Part shown: positions 11,172 to 23,214 of the stretch, piece after piece
Layout: each line of letters opens with the position of its first letter
Numbering within the stretch: the stretch's first letter is position 1
NCBI RefSeq assembly: GCF_006345805.1
Contig: NC_043001.1
Span: 129,146,001-129,210,000, forward strand
DNA length: 64,000 nt
Direction of reading: 5' to 3'
DNA from: Octopus sinensis
Lineage: Eukaryota
The notes under the pieces: model-generated
The model's database searches: none
Told to the model about the DNA's origin: nothing
The model's input: only the letters and a program-made list of their open reading frames with translations
Translations under genes and position numbers: made by a program

Positions 11172-12364
11172 TAGAGGGGTTGCACAAATAAGGAAATATC
11201 TTAAAATGTCAAGCAAATATATTTTAATATGGAGTAGGACTACCTTTGGCAGTAATTACAGCTTGAATTCTATGAGGCATGGGCTCATGCAAAATTGAAT
11301 TGTTTCCAAAGGAATTTTTGTCAATTTTTCTGCTAAAACAGTCTCCAGTTCTTGTAGTAATGATGGTGGAAGATATCGACTCATTACTTGGTTTTCTAAA
11401 ATGCACAACATATGTTCAATAATATTGACATCTGGGGACTGTGGTGACCAAGTTAAGATGTTCAACTCACTAGAAAGATTGCGTTTCCCTCTGGAAACAG
11501 TTTCACAACCATAGGATGAATTTGATCCGATAACATGTTAATAGTATTGACTATTAATTCTACCATGAAGGGAAACCATTGGGATAGTAGATTTCCAAGC
11601 TATAGCCCTCCCCCACGATCATTACAGATCCTCCTCCATTTTTAACAATTGGAAGAAGACAGTCTGGGTCAGATGCTTAGTTTTGGCTGTCTCCACATGT
11701 ATACTCAGCTGGTGGTTGGAAATAAAGTAAAAGATGACTTGTCTAAGAAAATAACATTCTTCCACTGCTCTAGGGACAAACTCTATAGGTTTTTACTCCA
11801 CTCTAAATGCTTTGCAATGTTTGATTTTTAAAGTAGTGGTTTTCTGATTGCAGCCTTCTCGTAAAATCCGGCTTGTGCAGCACTCAGTAAATAGTTTTTA
11901 TGAAAACCAGATTCTTGAGGTATTCATTGAGCTCTGCAGTGATATTGGGAACTGTACTTTTTTGATCCTTTCTAACAATTTGCATAAGAGTCCAAAGGTC
12001 CCTATCTGAAAGTTTAAGTTTTCTTCTGGAGTTTTGTTTTGACAGGAGGTTTTTCCCTCTTACTCAAAGGCTGTCATTACTTTCGAGACAGTACTTCTTG
12101 ATACACCAAACATTTTGGCTGTTTTCATTACACTAGCACCTGCCATACAAGCACCAACAATTTGACCTCTTTGAAAGTCCGATAGATCTGTCATTTTAAT
12201 GAATTTTAATTATCTTTTTCTGATGATATCTGAGAAGAATCATATTAAGCAACAGTAATAATAAATCAAAAAACATAAACATAATCAAGTTTTTGATGCT
12301 TTTATACATATTTCAAATATGATGCTATGATGCTAGGTGTTTCCATTATTTTGTCCAATGACTG
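11172..12364 (-). mobile_element. Decayed near-full-length Tc1-family DNA transposon
   Basis: TA-flanked degenerate TIRs (tagaggggttgcacaaataaggaaatatc / rc cagtcattggacaaaataatggaaacacc) enclose a transposase remnant. Confidence 0.9.
11224..12194 (-). pseudogene. Tc1 transposase pseudogene
   Basis: N-terminus MTDLSDFQRGQIVGACMAGASVMKTAKMFGVSRSTVSKVMTAFE*EGKTS. C-terminus WSPQSPDVNIIEH (WPPQSPDLNPIE motif) and PHRIQAVITAKGSPTPY*. Multiple stops and frameshifts. Confidence 0.9.
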
Positions 12365-12502
12365 TATGTATATATGTATGTATATTATATATATATATAT
12401 ATATAATATATATATGTATATATATATATATATATTATATATTATATTATATATGTATATATATATACGTATATATGTATATATATATATATGTATATAT
12501 AT

Positions 12503-12750
12503 GACACGTAAAAAGCACCATCCGTTCATGGCCGTTTGCCAGCTCTGTCTGGCACCTGTGCGGTGGCACGTAAAAAGCACCCACTACACTCACGGAGTGG
12601 TTGGCGTTAGGAAGGGCATCCAGCCGTAGAAACACTGCCAGATCTGACTGGGCCTGATGAAGCCTTCCAGCTTCACAGACCCCAGTTGAACCGTCCAACC
12701 CATGCTAGCATGGAGAACGGACGCTAAATGATGATGATGATGATGATGAT
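12503..12750 (+). mobile_element. SINE-like family C
   Basis: Core motif and (GAT)n tail. Confidence 0.85.
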
Positions 12751-12757
12751 GATATGT

Positions 12758-13190
12758 ATCATCATCATCATATAACGTCCGTTTTCCATGAGGGCTGGCA
12801 AGATGGCTGCACCAGGCTCCAGTCTTGATCTGGCAGAGTTTCTATGGCTGGATGCCCTTCCTAATGCCAACCACTCCAAGAGTGTAGTGGGTGCTTTTTA
12901 CGTGCCACCTGCACGGGGGCCAGTCAGGCGGTACTGGCAATGACCTCGCTCGAATCTTTTTACACATGCCACCAGCACAGCTGCCAGTGAAGCGACGTTG
13001 ATAACAATCATGCTCGAATGGTGCACTTTTACGTGCCACGGGTACGGAAGCCAGTTGGCTGCTCTGGCAACGATCACGCTCTTGGCACCCTACTAGCACA
13101 GGCATAAGTGCCAGTAAGGCGACGCTGGTAATGATCATACTCGCAATATCCGCTCTGTCAATGATCACACTCGTATGGTACTCTTTGCAC
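12758..13190 (-). mobile_element. SINE-like family C, tail-to-tail with the preceding copy
   Basis: Begins with (CAT)n and carries the reverse-complement core and modules. Confidence 0.8.
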
Positions 13191-13539
13191 CCCGCAAACA
13201 CACACATATATAAAAAGAGTATTGTCACCTGCTTGAAACTTTGGGATGAAGAAGTAAGATAGTAAAAATGGAAAGCTTACAATGTAAAAAAGGAATAAGT
13301 TTAAAGGACTTTATATATTTTTGGCACAAACACCCATCATCAGCCATAAACTGTCAAGATATCTTGGTCTATTAGATATTGGCCATGCTGGTTGTGGTTC
13401 AGATTTCAAAAAAGTGATTCAGAAAAGTGGTGGTGCCACCACTTTTCTGATGGTGGGCCTTTGTGTCTGAAATATATAAAGGTTATTAATTTTATTTTCG
13501 GCATTATGAGAAGCTACTCATCATTCCTATTTCCAATCT

Positions 13540-13543
13540 ATAT

Positions 13544-13590
<47 letters not shown>

Positions 13591-13632
13591 CTAGTTTCAG
13601 CTCAGAGCTGCGGCCATGCTGATGCACCGCCG

Positions 13633-13688
<56 letters not shown>

Positions 13689-13844
13689 GTATACTATATA
13701 TATATATATATATTTAGTTTTATCGCCATACTAATATGGCATTCTTATAAAAATAAGAATAAAGCTGACTGCTTATTAGCTCCATGAGGCCATCGCCTTA
13801 AGTTAGCTATTTTTAGAGAGACTTAGTAATTTTAATATTTCTAT

Positions 13845-13875
<31 letters not shown>

Positions 13876-14041
13876 ATATGTATATGTATGTATATATATA
13901 TATATGCATATGTATATATATATAATATATATATATATATATTATATTATATATATATATACACACATATTCATATATAATATATATAAATATGCATATA
14001 TGTATATATATATGTCCACATATTTATATATAAATATGCAT

Positions 14042-14091
<50 letters not shown>

Positions 14092-14127
14092 GCAAATATA
14101 TATACAGATAGTATATATATATATATG

Positions 14128-14175
<48 letters not shown>

Positions 14176-14280
14176 ATATGCATGTATATGCATTTATATG
14201 TATACATATGAATATATGCATATGTATGTGTATGTGTATGTATATGTATTGTGTGTGTGTATATATATATATATATTATG

Positions 14281-14321
<41 letters not shown>

Positions 14322-14403
14322 GTATGTATGTATATATATACACATATCATTTATATATATATATATATAGTGTGTGGTGTGTATGTATGTATATATGTGT
14401 ATG

Positions 14404-14437
<34 letters not shown>

Positions 14438-14440
14438 ATG
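13540..14440. repeat. (TA)n/(TG)n compound microsatellite
   Basis: Directly visible; source of many YIYI ORFs. Confidence 0.95.
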
Positions 14441-14706
14441 ATATATGTATATCAGTACAAATGTTTGAAGGAGTGGGAATCACACCCATTGCCTTCCCCA
14501 AGACAACACCCCCCCACTACCACCATAACCACCACAACATAACCATAAAGATAATAAAAAAAAAGACATGTACAAAAAATTACAAAGAAAAGAAGAGCTT
14601 ATTGTTATGAATGGTCTCCATGGGGGAAAGAAGTGTTTGTATAATGCCTTGTCTATCTAAGAGATAAAGATTGGGAGAGATGGGCGTTTGTAGTTAGGAT
14701 GTGGAA

Positions 14707-14742
<36 letters not shown>

Positions 14743-15283
14743 ATGCAACAACAGAAAGAACAACAACATCACACCCACCATCATTCTGGACAAACCAGAG
14801 CCAGACAAAAGCTATACCCCCACCGCTGTTACTACCACGACCACCACAACTGACATTACCACCATGGACTTGACTTGGACAAACCATCAACCCAGCTCCT
14901 AATCACCGCCGCCATGCGTCCACGCACTGATTTGCCCATTCACTCTGTATCCACCACCACCACCACCACCACCGCCACCACCGCTAATGCAGCCACTGCC
15001 ACCTCTATAACGGTAATTGCTGCCATCACCACCGCCTCCGCCGCCATCAACAGCATGACTGCTGCAGCTTTGCTTATGAATTGCCTCAGAAAATTAGAAA
15101 TTACTGTCAAAACAGAAACTGCAGAAGGCAATATATAAAGTGATAACAGGAGTAAAGGCACGGGGATGGGCGGCTGTCTGAGTGTGTCTTGGGTATTGTA
15201 TACATACATAGTTACATATATGTATAAACATGCACACATAAAATCTTGTGTATATATATATGTGTGTGCGTGTCTATAAAATG

Positions 15284-15357
<74 letters not shown>

Positions 15358-16212
15358 AATGTAAAATGACATATATATATATATGTGTGTAAAATGACAT
15401 ATATATATATATTAAATGTATGTGTGTGTGTGTGTATGTATGTATAATGATATATATATATGTATGTAAAATTATATATTCTTATATATATATGTATATG
15501 AATGTATGCAAAATTATATATATATACATATATGAATGTAAGTAAAATTATATATATGTATGTATATATATATACACACACACACCTATATGGAAATACT
15601 TATATGTATACACACGTACCTGTAAGTGTGTGTATATACACACATGCAAATACCCATATATATGTTATGTATATATGTGTGTGTGTGTGTTTATCTTACA
15701 CATTGAGACAAGCATCCATCTCCACACCACTTCTAACCTATATCCCACTTATCTATCAGTTTATTTATCTCCTTTGACAGTTTCTGTTTTGATAGGGATG
15801 TATCTATATCGGTTTAGGAATGTGTGTGTGTGTGTGTGAATATGTGGCTGGGTGATCTGAAGGTTGCTTCTCAATAACATGGGTCTGGTTTGAGTCCCCA
15901 CTGTGTTCCTCCTCAGGCAAGTTTCTTCAGCTATAGCCCCAAGCTGACCGAGGCCTCGTGAGTGGATTTGCTAGATGGACACTGAAATATCATATATATA
16001 TATATATATATACACACATATTGATATATCTCTGTGTTTGTGTGCTTGAATCACATCACTGTTTGATAAAATAAGTACCAGGCTTTAAATAAAAATGTAC
16101 TGGGGTCAATGTGCTTGACTAAACCCTCCAAGTTTTGCTCCAACATTGCCACAGTGCAGTTACTGAAAGAAGTAGAAGATATATTTGTATGCACACACAC
16201 AGACAAAGATAT

Positions 16213-16384
16213 ATATGACTGATTTATGGGATTACCCAGGGTTTCTTTTCCATAATGTGCTTAGCTTTACAGCATTGGCCTAAAGAGAGGCCAGAGGCCA
16301 AGAGGTTTAGGGTCTGAAGAAATGCTGTAAAGCTAAGAGCTGTATGGACATGAAACCCAGGGTAACCCCATAAACTGGCCATAT
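16213..16384. repeat. Fold-back element (~64-nt arms) containing a hammerhead-like motif
   Basis: cttagctttacagcatt / aatgctgtaaagctaag is a perfect 17-bp inverted pair; tttatgggattacccagggtttc / gaaacccagggtaaccccataaa matches at 21 of 23. Confidence 0.9.
16305..16375 (+). ncRNA. Type I hammerhead ribozyme motif
   Basis: guuuagggu CUGAAGA a[augcugua agcu aag agcu uaugg(a)cau] GAAA CC CAG G GUA accc(ca)uaaac. Stem I has 9 bp with a 2-nt bulge; stem III has 3 bp. Confidence 0.65.
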
Positions 16385-16673
16385 CTATCTTTATCTATAT
16401 ACTCTACTACTCTATAACTTAGAGTCTGCTTCCTTTTTGGATTTATGATTTACTGATGATATACTGATGTAGTAAGAGGAGCAAGAGCACACGCAAAAAT
16501 GAAAAGGGTTGCTGAAGAGGTCACAGATGTGTGACGAAAGATTTCCAGACAATGGATGTGAGTTGAAATTTTAAAAAAAGTAAGAACAGTAATAAACGAG
16601 TGAAGAACAAATATATAGTGCGTGTGTTTATTTGGCAAAAAAATGACCATGCACCCCCACACACACACATATA

Positions 16674-17511
16674 TCTATATATATAAAACTCAACTTGTGT
16701 GTCTGTGTGTGTATCCGTGTGTGTGTCTGTGTGTTTAACTTCCCGGCACATCTCCTCGTAGCCAACAAATCGTAGAACCACCAAAAATGGGTCACTTAGA
16801 GTTTAGGCGAATGAAAATTGAACTGCGCTATTTCTGTTCCGAAATTCATCTCGCAAGTGCAAAAATCGATAATGTGTTTGTTTAGGCCTTATCCCATGCA
16901 TTGAATAGTGAACTTTACTCAGTCAGCTGTTTGACGTGAACTGTGTTCACCACGCATGCAAGCATGCGTAAATTGCATGAAAAATAAAAAAAATCAAGAT
17001 ATAAAAACGAATTGCCGTAAACATTGTAGAAATTCGGCAAAGAAATGAATTTTCGGGATGTAGCCTGGAGGGTTTTTTCCTATTAATCGTTTGGACTTTG
17101 TGAACACATACCAATTGTTTTCATAACATTTTTAACGCTTTGAATTAAATGTGACCATTTTGCGTTGAGTCTGCAGTTTGAATCACTTTAACCAAATTTT
17201 AGCAGGCCAGATTTTTGATCATCATGATACATCGCCAGCGACTCCCTGAAACTCTCCCCTGAAATCCCTGTTAAGAAATACTGATCTAAAAGAATAATTC
17301 AACAATGCAATTATTTGATCAGCAAAAATTTATGAAAAGCTTCTACGTACTTCCTATTGAGGAAATGGAACACATAAGCGCAAAAATAGAGGGCATTAAA
17401 TGCTTGATTTTAAAACCAAAACAATTGAATTTTGATTGAACTTCATCCAAGTTTAGCTTAATTCACGTGTGCATAGAACGCATGAGCGCACGAGCCGGGC
17501 AATACTGCTAG
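16674..17511 (+). mobile_element. Non-autonomous Helitron-like element
   Basis: A|TC...CTAG|T boundaries. 5' tctatatatataaaactcaacttgtgtgtctgt and 3' gccgggcaatactgctagt; both termini are shared with 20723-21117. Confidence 0.7.
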
Positions 17512-17544
<33 letters not shown>

Positions 17545-17680
17545 AAAAAAATACAAACTGGGACAAGAACGCAAAACATTTAGAAGACGATACAAAAAAC
17601 ACGGACGGGACATTCGAAGCGTTCAATCTTCAGTCAAGAACCAGATCATCCTCGCAATTTCAGCTGATTAATCTTGATTA
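17545..17680. mobile_element. Short GC-richer repeat fragment embedded in (TA)n, possibly a Penelope-like terminal piece
   Basis: Abrupt non-microsatellite island between TA runs; contains CTGAAGA on the minus strand. The family assignment is inference. Confidence 0.35.
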
Positions 17681-17705
17681 ATCCATATATATATATAATA
17701 TATAT

Positions 17706-17750
<45 letters not shown>

Positions 17751-18299
17751 GTATGTATGTGTGTGTGTATGTGTGTGTGTATGTATGTGTGTGTGTACAT
17801 ACAAAGATATATATGTATCATTATCTTCATCGTAATTTTAACATCCATTATCCTATGCTAATGTTTTTTTAAAGCAATAAGGGTGTAATTTCAGGGAAAC
17901 TTGGCTGCTTTTTCTTGGTGAACAAGCAACCATAAAGAAGCATTTTCATGGGATCTAATAATGGTGGTGACAGTATTCAGCATTCCCTGTAATGATAATA
18001 GTGGTGATGGTGGTGTAGTTCATATCAGTGTTACTGACGTTAGTGTTTGGTGGCGGTAGTGGTGTTTGTAGTTGTTATTGTCATATCATCATTGTAGTTG
18101 GTATTTAGTCTTAGTTCAACCATGATTGAACAAACCTATGATCAATGGTACTCCTGTCTTGACCACCCCATGTTTCTGTATATGTACAACACAGTTCAAC
18201 ATGTTTGGCTTCATTTAAGACAAAGCATAAGGTGTTTCTTTGAGTGAATGCAGTTTTTATTTCTAGCAGGGCTCTGTTATGATAGTGGTGTTGGATGAA

Positions 18300-18630
18300 G
18301 AAAGTGGTAGTGTTTGTATGAGTAGTAGTAAATGGCTCCCTTGATCATGAATGACCATGGGATTGCACCTAGAAAGTTCCCCTCCAAGACATGAGTCTGG
18401 GCAAAGGTTGTTTTATGGAAGTACAGCACACCACCAATGTTATCCAAGGAAAAGGCAAGGGTTGATACAGCTTGGCTCCAGGACATTGCAACTCATATCT
18501 ACATCTGAGTGAACTGGAGCAATGTGAAATAAAGTGTCTTGCTGAAGAACGCAACACACAGCCCGGTCCAAATTGAAATCACTACTTCATAATTGTAAGT
18601 CTGACACTCTAACCAATGAGCCATGCGCCC
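18300..18630 (-). mobile_element. tRNA-derived SINE family E
   Basis: rc head gggcgcatggctcattggttagagtgtc... and core gttcttcagcaagacactttatttcacattgctccag. Homologues at 18690, 22258, 28610-28800, 29425-29742 and 40118-40355. Confidence 0.75.
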
Positions 18631-18689
18631 TGACTTATGAGAAGTAGTGATAGTAGTGGTGTTGTTGTTATTGTGGTTGTCACTGTATG

Positions 18690-19480
18690 AAGTACGTGGC
18701 TTAATGGTTAGGGTATTCAGCTTACAATTGTAACGTTGTGAGTTCAATTCTGAGCAGAACATTGTGTCCTTGAGCAAGACACTTTATTTCATGTTGCTCC
18801 AGTCCACTCAGCTGGCAAAAATGAGTTGTACCTGTATTTAAAAGGGACAGCCATTTCACATTCTGTGTCACGCTAAAACTACCTGAGAACTACATTTAGG
18901 GTACACGAGGGGGCAGCCACCATGTATGTATGTATGTACACTATGATTCATTTTTAATACCATTAGTATTCATAAATAAGCACATGTGTGGCAAGTAGCT
19001 TGCTAACCAGCCACATGGTTCCGGGTTCAGTCCCACTGCGTGGCATCTTGGGCAAGTGTCTTCTGCTATAGCCCCGGGCCAACCAATACCTTGTGAGTGG
19101 ATTTGGTAGATGGAAACTGAAAGAAGCCTGTCATATATATGTATATGTGTGTGTATGTGTTTGTGTGTGTGTGTTTTTTTCCCTGTAGCATTGCTTGACA
19201 ACCGATGCTGATGTGTTTACGTCCCCGTCACTTAGCGGTTCGGCAAAAGAGACCGATAGAATAAGTACTGGGCTTACAAAGAATAAGTCCCTGGCTCGAT
19301 TTGCTCGACTAAAGGCGGTGCTCCAGCATGGCTGCAGTCAAATGACTGAAACAAGTAAAAGAGTGAAAGAGTAAGAGTGTCTGTGGAGTGCTCAGCCTCT
19401 TACACGTTAATTACATAAGCAGGCTCTTTCATTGATTGGATCAACTGGAACCCTCGCCATCATAACCGACAGAGTGCCTG
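18690..19480 (+). mobile_element. SINE family E interrupted by a full SINE family A copy (18985-19375)
   Basis: ...gagaactacatttagggtacac (to 18905) resumes as gtgtctgtggagtgctcagcc at 19376; these are contiguous in the 22.5-kb copy. Confidence 0.75.
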
Positions 19481-20722
19481 TGTTATTGTGTTGGTGGTGA
19501 AAAGGTCAGTAGTTATATAACTGACAGAGAATTGATGCTGCTTCCATAGTCCTGCTGATGTGGGTATCACCACGCTACACAACAGCATATAACACCACAC
19601 AATGCCACACACTTTATCAAGAAGTGTGATGGTGTTGGTGGTGGTGGTGGTGGTGGCTGAAGTGTGGCATTCATATGGTGTGGTGGATGTGAGGAGATGT
19701 GTGGTTTGGTGTGGTGCCATGGGTGGGGTAGCTGTATATAATACAAGATGGGTGGAGCAGAAACAAAGGGGGTGAGCAAGTTGGTAATGTCATGGAATAA
19801 AGCCTTACATTTTGCAATTGATTTTATTTTTCAATTATCATCTATAAAAACACCACCTCCACCACTAAAAGAAACACTGTCCTCAGACGTTTTCTCCTGG
19901 TTTATGCAACATATTATTATGTAATAATATCTATTATTTTGAAACTTTTGTAGTGCCCCAGCATGGCCACAGCCCCTGGCTGAAGCTGGTAATAGAATAA
20001 AAGACCACATGTATTCTTCTCTAATTCTAATTGTAGAACATTTCATTAAAAAATATCCATTTTCCTAGAAGTTCTGCGGAAACAAAGTTGGTGGGGCACA
20101 TTTGTGTATGTAACAACATTTACATTTAATTATATAACTGCATGCTATATATAAACAAAGAATATACTTCTTTTGTTTGGTTTTCATCCAAAGAGTGACA
20201 ATAATGTGAATGAGATGAGTTCAATTTTTCACTACATGTAAATATAAATATAAAAGTATTCACAATAATATTGTGCTTATTTATGAATACTAATTGTATT
20301 GAAAATGAATCATAGTGTACATACATACATTGTGGCTGCCCCCTCGTTATCGGGTATGGCCATTGCACGAAGCTTAATCAATGTTGTTATCGTGCAATGC
20401 CTGTGCAAGAAGATTTCTTTTTTAAAGTGAGTAAAGACTGTGCACTGAGTCAATCCCACTCACTAAGCAACAGCAGCCGTAATCCGAAAAGAACAAGTCA
20501 ACATCAAAGGCAACAAATGAGTTACCTTCATACCGATTAAAGTTTATTGGCAGTATTTAGGTTGTAATTTTTCATTGCTTTATAAATGCACGTTCTTTTA
20601 ACATAAATGCATTTCACCTTATAGCTCTATTTTACATTTTCCATTATTGATGTTTCAGTTTCATTCATGTATGTTTTGCCAGCATTCTTACCACATGCAT
20701 GCCATATGTATACTTATGAATA

Positions 20723-21117
20723 TCTTTATATATAATAGTCAAGTTGTGTGTCTGTCTCCTATGATTTAGATTCCTAACTACTCCCACATTTTGCGGTGCA
20801 GTTTAACCAAAACCGGGTATCTTATAGTCGTGATTCATATCGAGACCTTCTGGGTATTAGTGTGCGTCTACGATGAGTCTACAATTTAAAAAATAATTTA
20901 CCATAATTTTTTTTCCATTTTAATGCATATTTTTTAAAATATAAGGGAAGTAACTCTCTAAAAATGTCTACGATGAGTCAACGATTTAAAAAAAATTTAC
21001 CATCATATTTTTTCCATTTTTAATGCATTTGTTTGCTATTTTTTGGCTATAACTCTCTAAGAATGCTTTATAGTTATTTCCCTTACAAACCCGAGCAACG
21101 CCGGGCGATACTGGTAG
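20723..21117 (+). mobile_element. Non-autonomous Helitron-like element with internal ~100-nt direct repeat
   Basis: 5' TC start, subterminal hairpin cccgagcaacgccggg, and 3' end ctggtag|t (degenerate CTAG). The block gtctacgatgagtc..tttaaaaaa..aatttaccat is duplicated. Confidence 0.75.
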
Positions 21118-21620
21118 TACATTATAAGAATAGATCATAAATGATATTAAACCAGTGTAAAACATGCTCGTTTAATGATAGTATCTTCACACTAGTGTGT
21201 GTGTGCATGTGTGCGCGCATGTGTGCGCGCATGTGTGTGTATGTATGTGCGTGCGTGTGTATTGTTTAATAAACAGAGTATATATTCTTTTATGAGCTAC
21301 TAATAGTTTCATGTGATATGTCTGGTGCCTTCATGCAATCCTCAGTTTCATATATATATATATATAGTTTTTCTGCTGAAACTGAACCAAGTTTCACACT
21401 ACTTCAATCTTCAAGGTTTCCCCTGAAGATTGCAGTGATGAAACAAAATCTTAACCCCAGTTTCAATAAAAACCATATCCTGTACAAACATCCCTTTCTT
21501 ATTTGTTTGACATAAAACGTGTGTGTTTATGCATATGTATAAGGAGAGGGAGGGACAGAGAGACAGAAAGAGAGAGGGAAAGAGAGAGAGAGGAGGGGGA
21601 AGAGAGCGATTTAACAGAAA

Positions 21621-21852
21621 GGCGGCGAGCTGGCAGAAACGTTAGCACGCCGGACGAAATGCTTAGCGGTATTTCGTCTGCGTTACGTTGTGAGTTCGAA
21701 TTCCGCCGAGGTCGACTTTGCCTTTCATCCTTTCGGGGTCGATAAATTAAGTACCAGTTACGCACTGGGGTCGATGTAATCGACTTAAACCTATGTCTGT
21801 CCTTGTTTGTCCCCTCTGTGTTTAGCCCCTTGTGGGTAATAAAGAAATAGGT
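21621..21852 (+). mobile_element. tRNA-derived SINE family B (central domain resembles the MetaSINE domain), young copy
   Basis: A box tggcagaaacgtt, B box gttcgaattcc, core gcctttcatcctttcggggtcgataaattaagtaccag. Near-identical minus copy at 55644-55874; many older fragments. Confidence 0.85.
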
Positions 21853-22257
21853 ATTAATTCATTTACTTTTTCAGGTAATGAAGACTGCCCTGATCAACCT
21901 AAAGTGGTTTCCAAATTCTATCTATAATGTTCCATATTTTCACATTCTTGGCAAGAGGGGGAGTCATTAGAGGATTGGACAAAATGCTTTATGGTGTTTC
22001 ATGTAGCTCTTTATATTTTGAGCTTAAACTCTGATTCCACAAAGATTAATTTTGCCTTTAATTTGTCTGGTGGTGGGGGTGGGGGTCAATAAAATAGAGT
22101 ACTAGTCAAACCCTGAGATTGATGGTACCATCTAGGCCTTACCCTCAAAATTGTTAACCTTGCACCTATATGAGACATCATCATCATCATCCTCATTGTT
22201 ATTATTAAATACCAGTTAAGTGGGGTTGCTGTAATTGATTATCAACCACCTCCTGGG

Positions 22258-22636
22258 GAGGCGCAATGGCCCAGTGGTTAGGGCAGTGGACTCGCGGTCA
22301 TAGGATTGCGGTTTCGATTCCCAGACCGGGCATTGTGAGTGTTTATTGAGCGAAAACACCTAAAAGCTCCACGAGGCTCCGACAGGGGATGGTGGTGATC
22401 CCTGCTGTACTCTTTCACCACAACTTTCTCTCACTCTTACTTCCTGTTTCTGTTGTACCTGTATTTCAAAGGGCCGGCCTTGTCACTCTCTGTGTCATGC
22501 TGAATATCCCCAAGAACTACGTTAAGGGTACATGTGTCTGTGGAGTGCTCAGCCACTTACATGTTAATTTCATGAGCAGGCTGTTCCGTTGATCGGATCA
22601 ACTGAAACCCTCGTCGTCGTAACGGACGGAGTGCTT
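22258..22636 (+). mobile_element. tRNA-derived SINE (family E-related)
   Basis: Head ggcgcaatggcccagtggttagggcagtggactc...ggtttcgattcccag. The 3' part is shared with 19376-19480 and 29425-29560. Confidence 0.75.
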
Positions 22637-22689
22637 CCATATCAACCGCCTCCAAAATTTCAGACCTTGTGCCTATAGTAAGAAAGAGT

Positions 22690-23210
22690 TATTATTACTA
22701 TTATTGTTTTACTTCTCAGAGTGCTCAGTCTTGTTTGCTCTGGTTGAATCTATGAGAGCGGAGAGCAGCCTGTTGTTAGAGTTCTCACAGGGTTTCTTTC
22801 CATTTGATATTTGGTTGTTAATTATTGTGGGAAATGTTTAACATCCAAGTACCAATCTCAAAATCCTAGTTGTCCTCATCTGCACAGTTTTGGGTGCTTG
22901 TTCTGCTCTCATGTCAATTCCGATTTCTGACATATTTCTCGAACTTGGTTGTTAGTGCTCCAAGTGCCCCTACAACTACTGGAATGACAAGCACTTTCCT
23001 CACAGTCCACATTCTTGCAATTTCGTCTTTTAGTAGTCCGTACTTTTCAATCTTTTCTTATTCTTTGGCACATATCCATGCATCCCCAGCTATTGCAAGA
23101 TCTAAAATCTTGGTTTCCTTTTTTCCTTCATCTACTACAACAATATCTGGTCTCTGAACATTGATTAGGATGTCACAATTGGATTATAAAATCCCACAAT
23201 ATCTTATATT
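22690..23210 (-). pseudogene. Restriction-like-endonuclease (R4/Dong-type) LINE 3' fragment
   Basis: NEYKILWDFIIQ-(fs)-VQRPDIVVVDEGKKETKILDLAIAGDAWICAKE*EKIEKYGLLKDEIARMWTVRKVLVIPVVVGALG (PD..D..K RLE signature); the 3' end runs into TAA repeats. Confidence 0.85.
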
Positions 23211-23214
23211 CATT

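Noticed and set aside
12654-12660. CTGATGA core motif
   Set aside because: It is a point-mutated version of ctggtgca in other family C copies, with no GAAA/stem III downstream.
14700-15138. Gln/His/Thr/Ala-rich reading frame
   Set aside because: Interrupted by a stop, built on CAA/ACC repeats, and without clear splice boundaries.
19880-19886. CTGAGGA on the minus strand
   Set aside because: No stem II or stem III can be formed with the downstream sequence.
21621-21705. tRNA-like sequences (also 22258-22330, 18560-18630, 40118-40190)
   Set aside because: They retain A/B boxes but no complete cloverleaf or acceptor stem, and run directly into SINE bodies.
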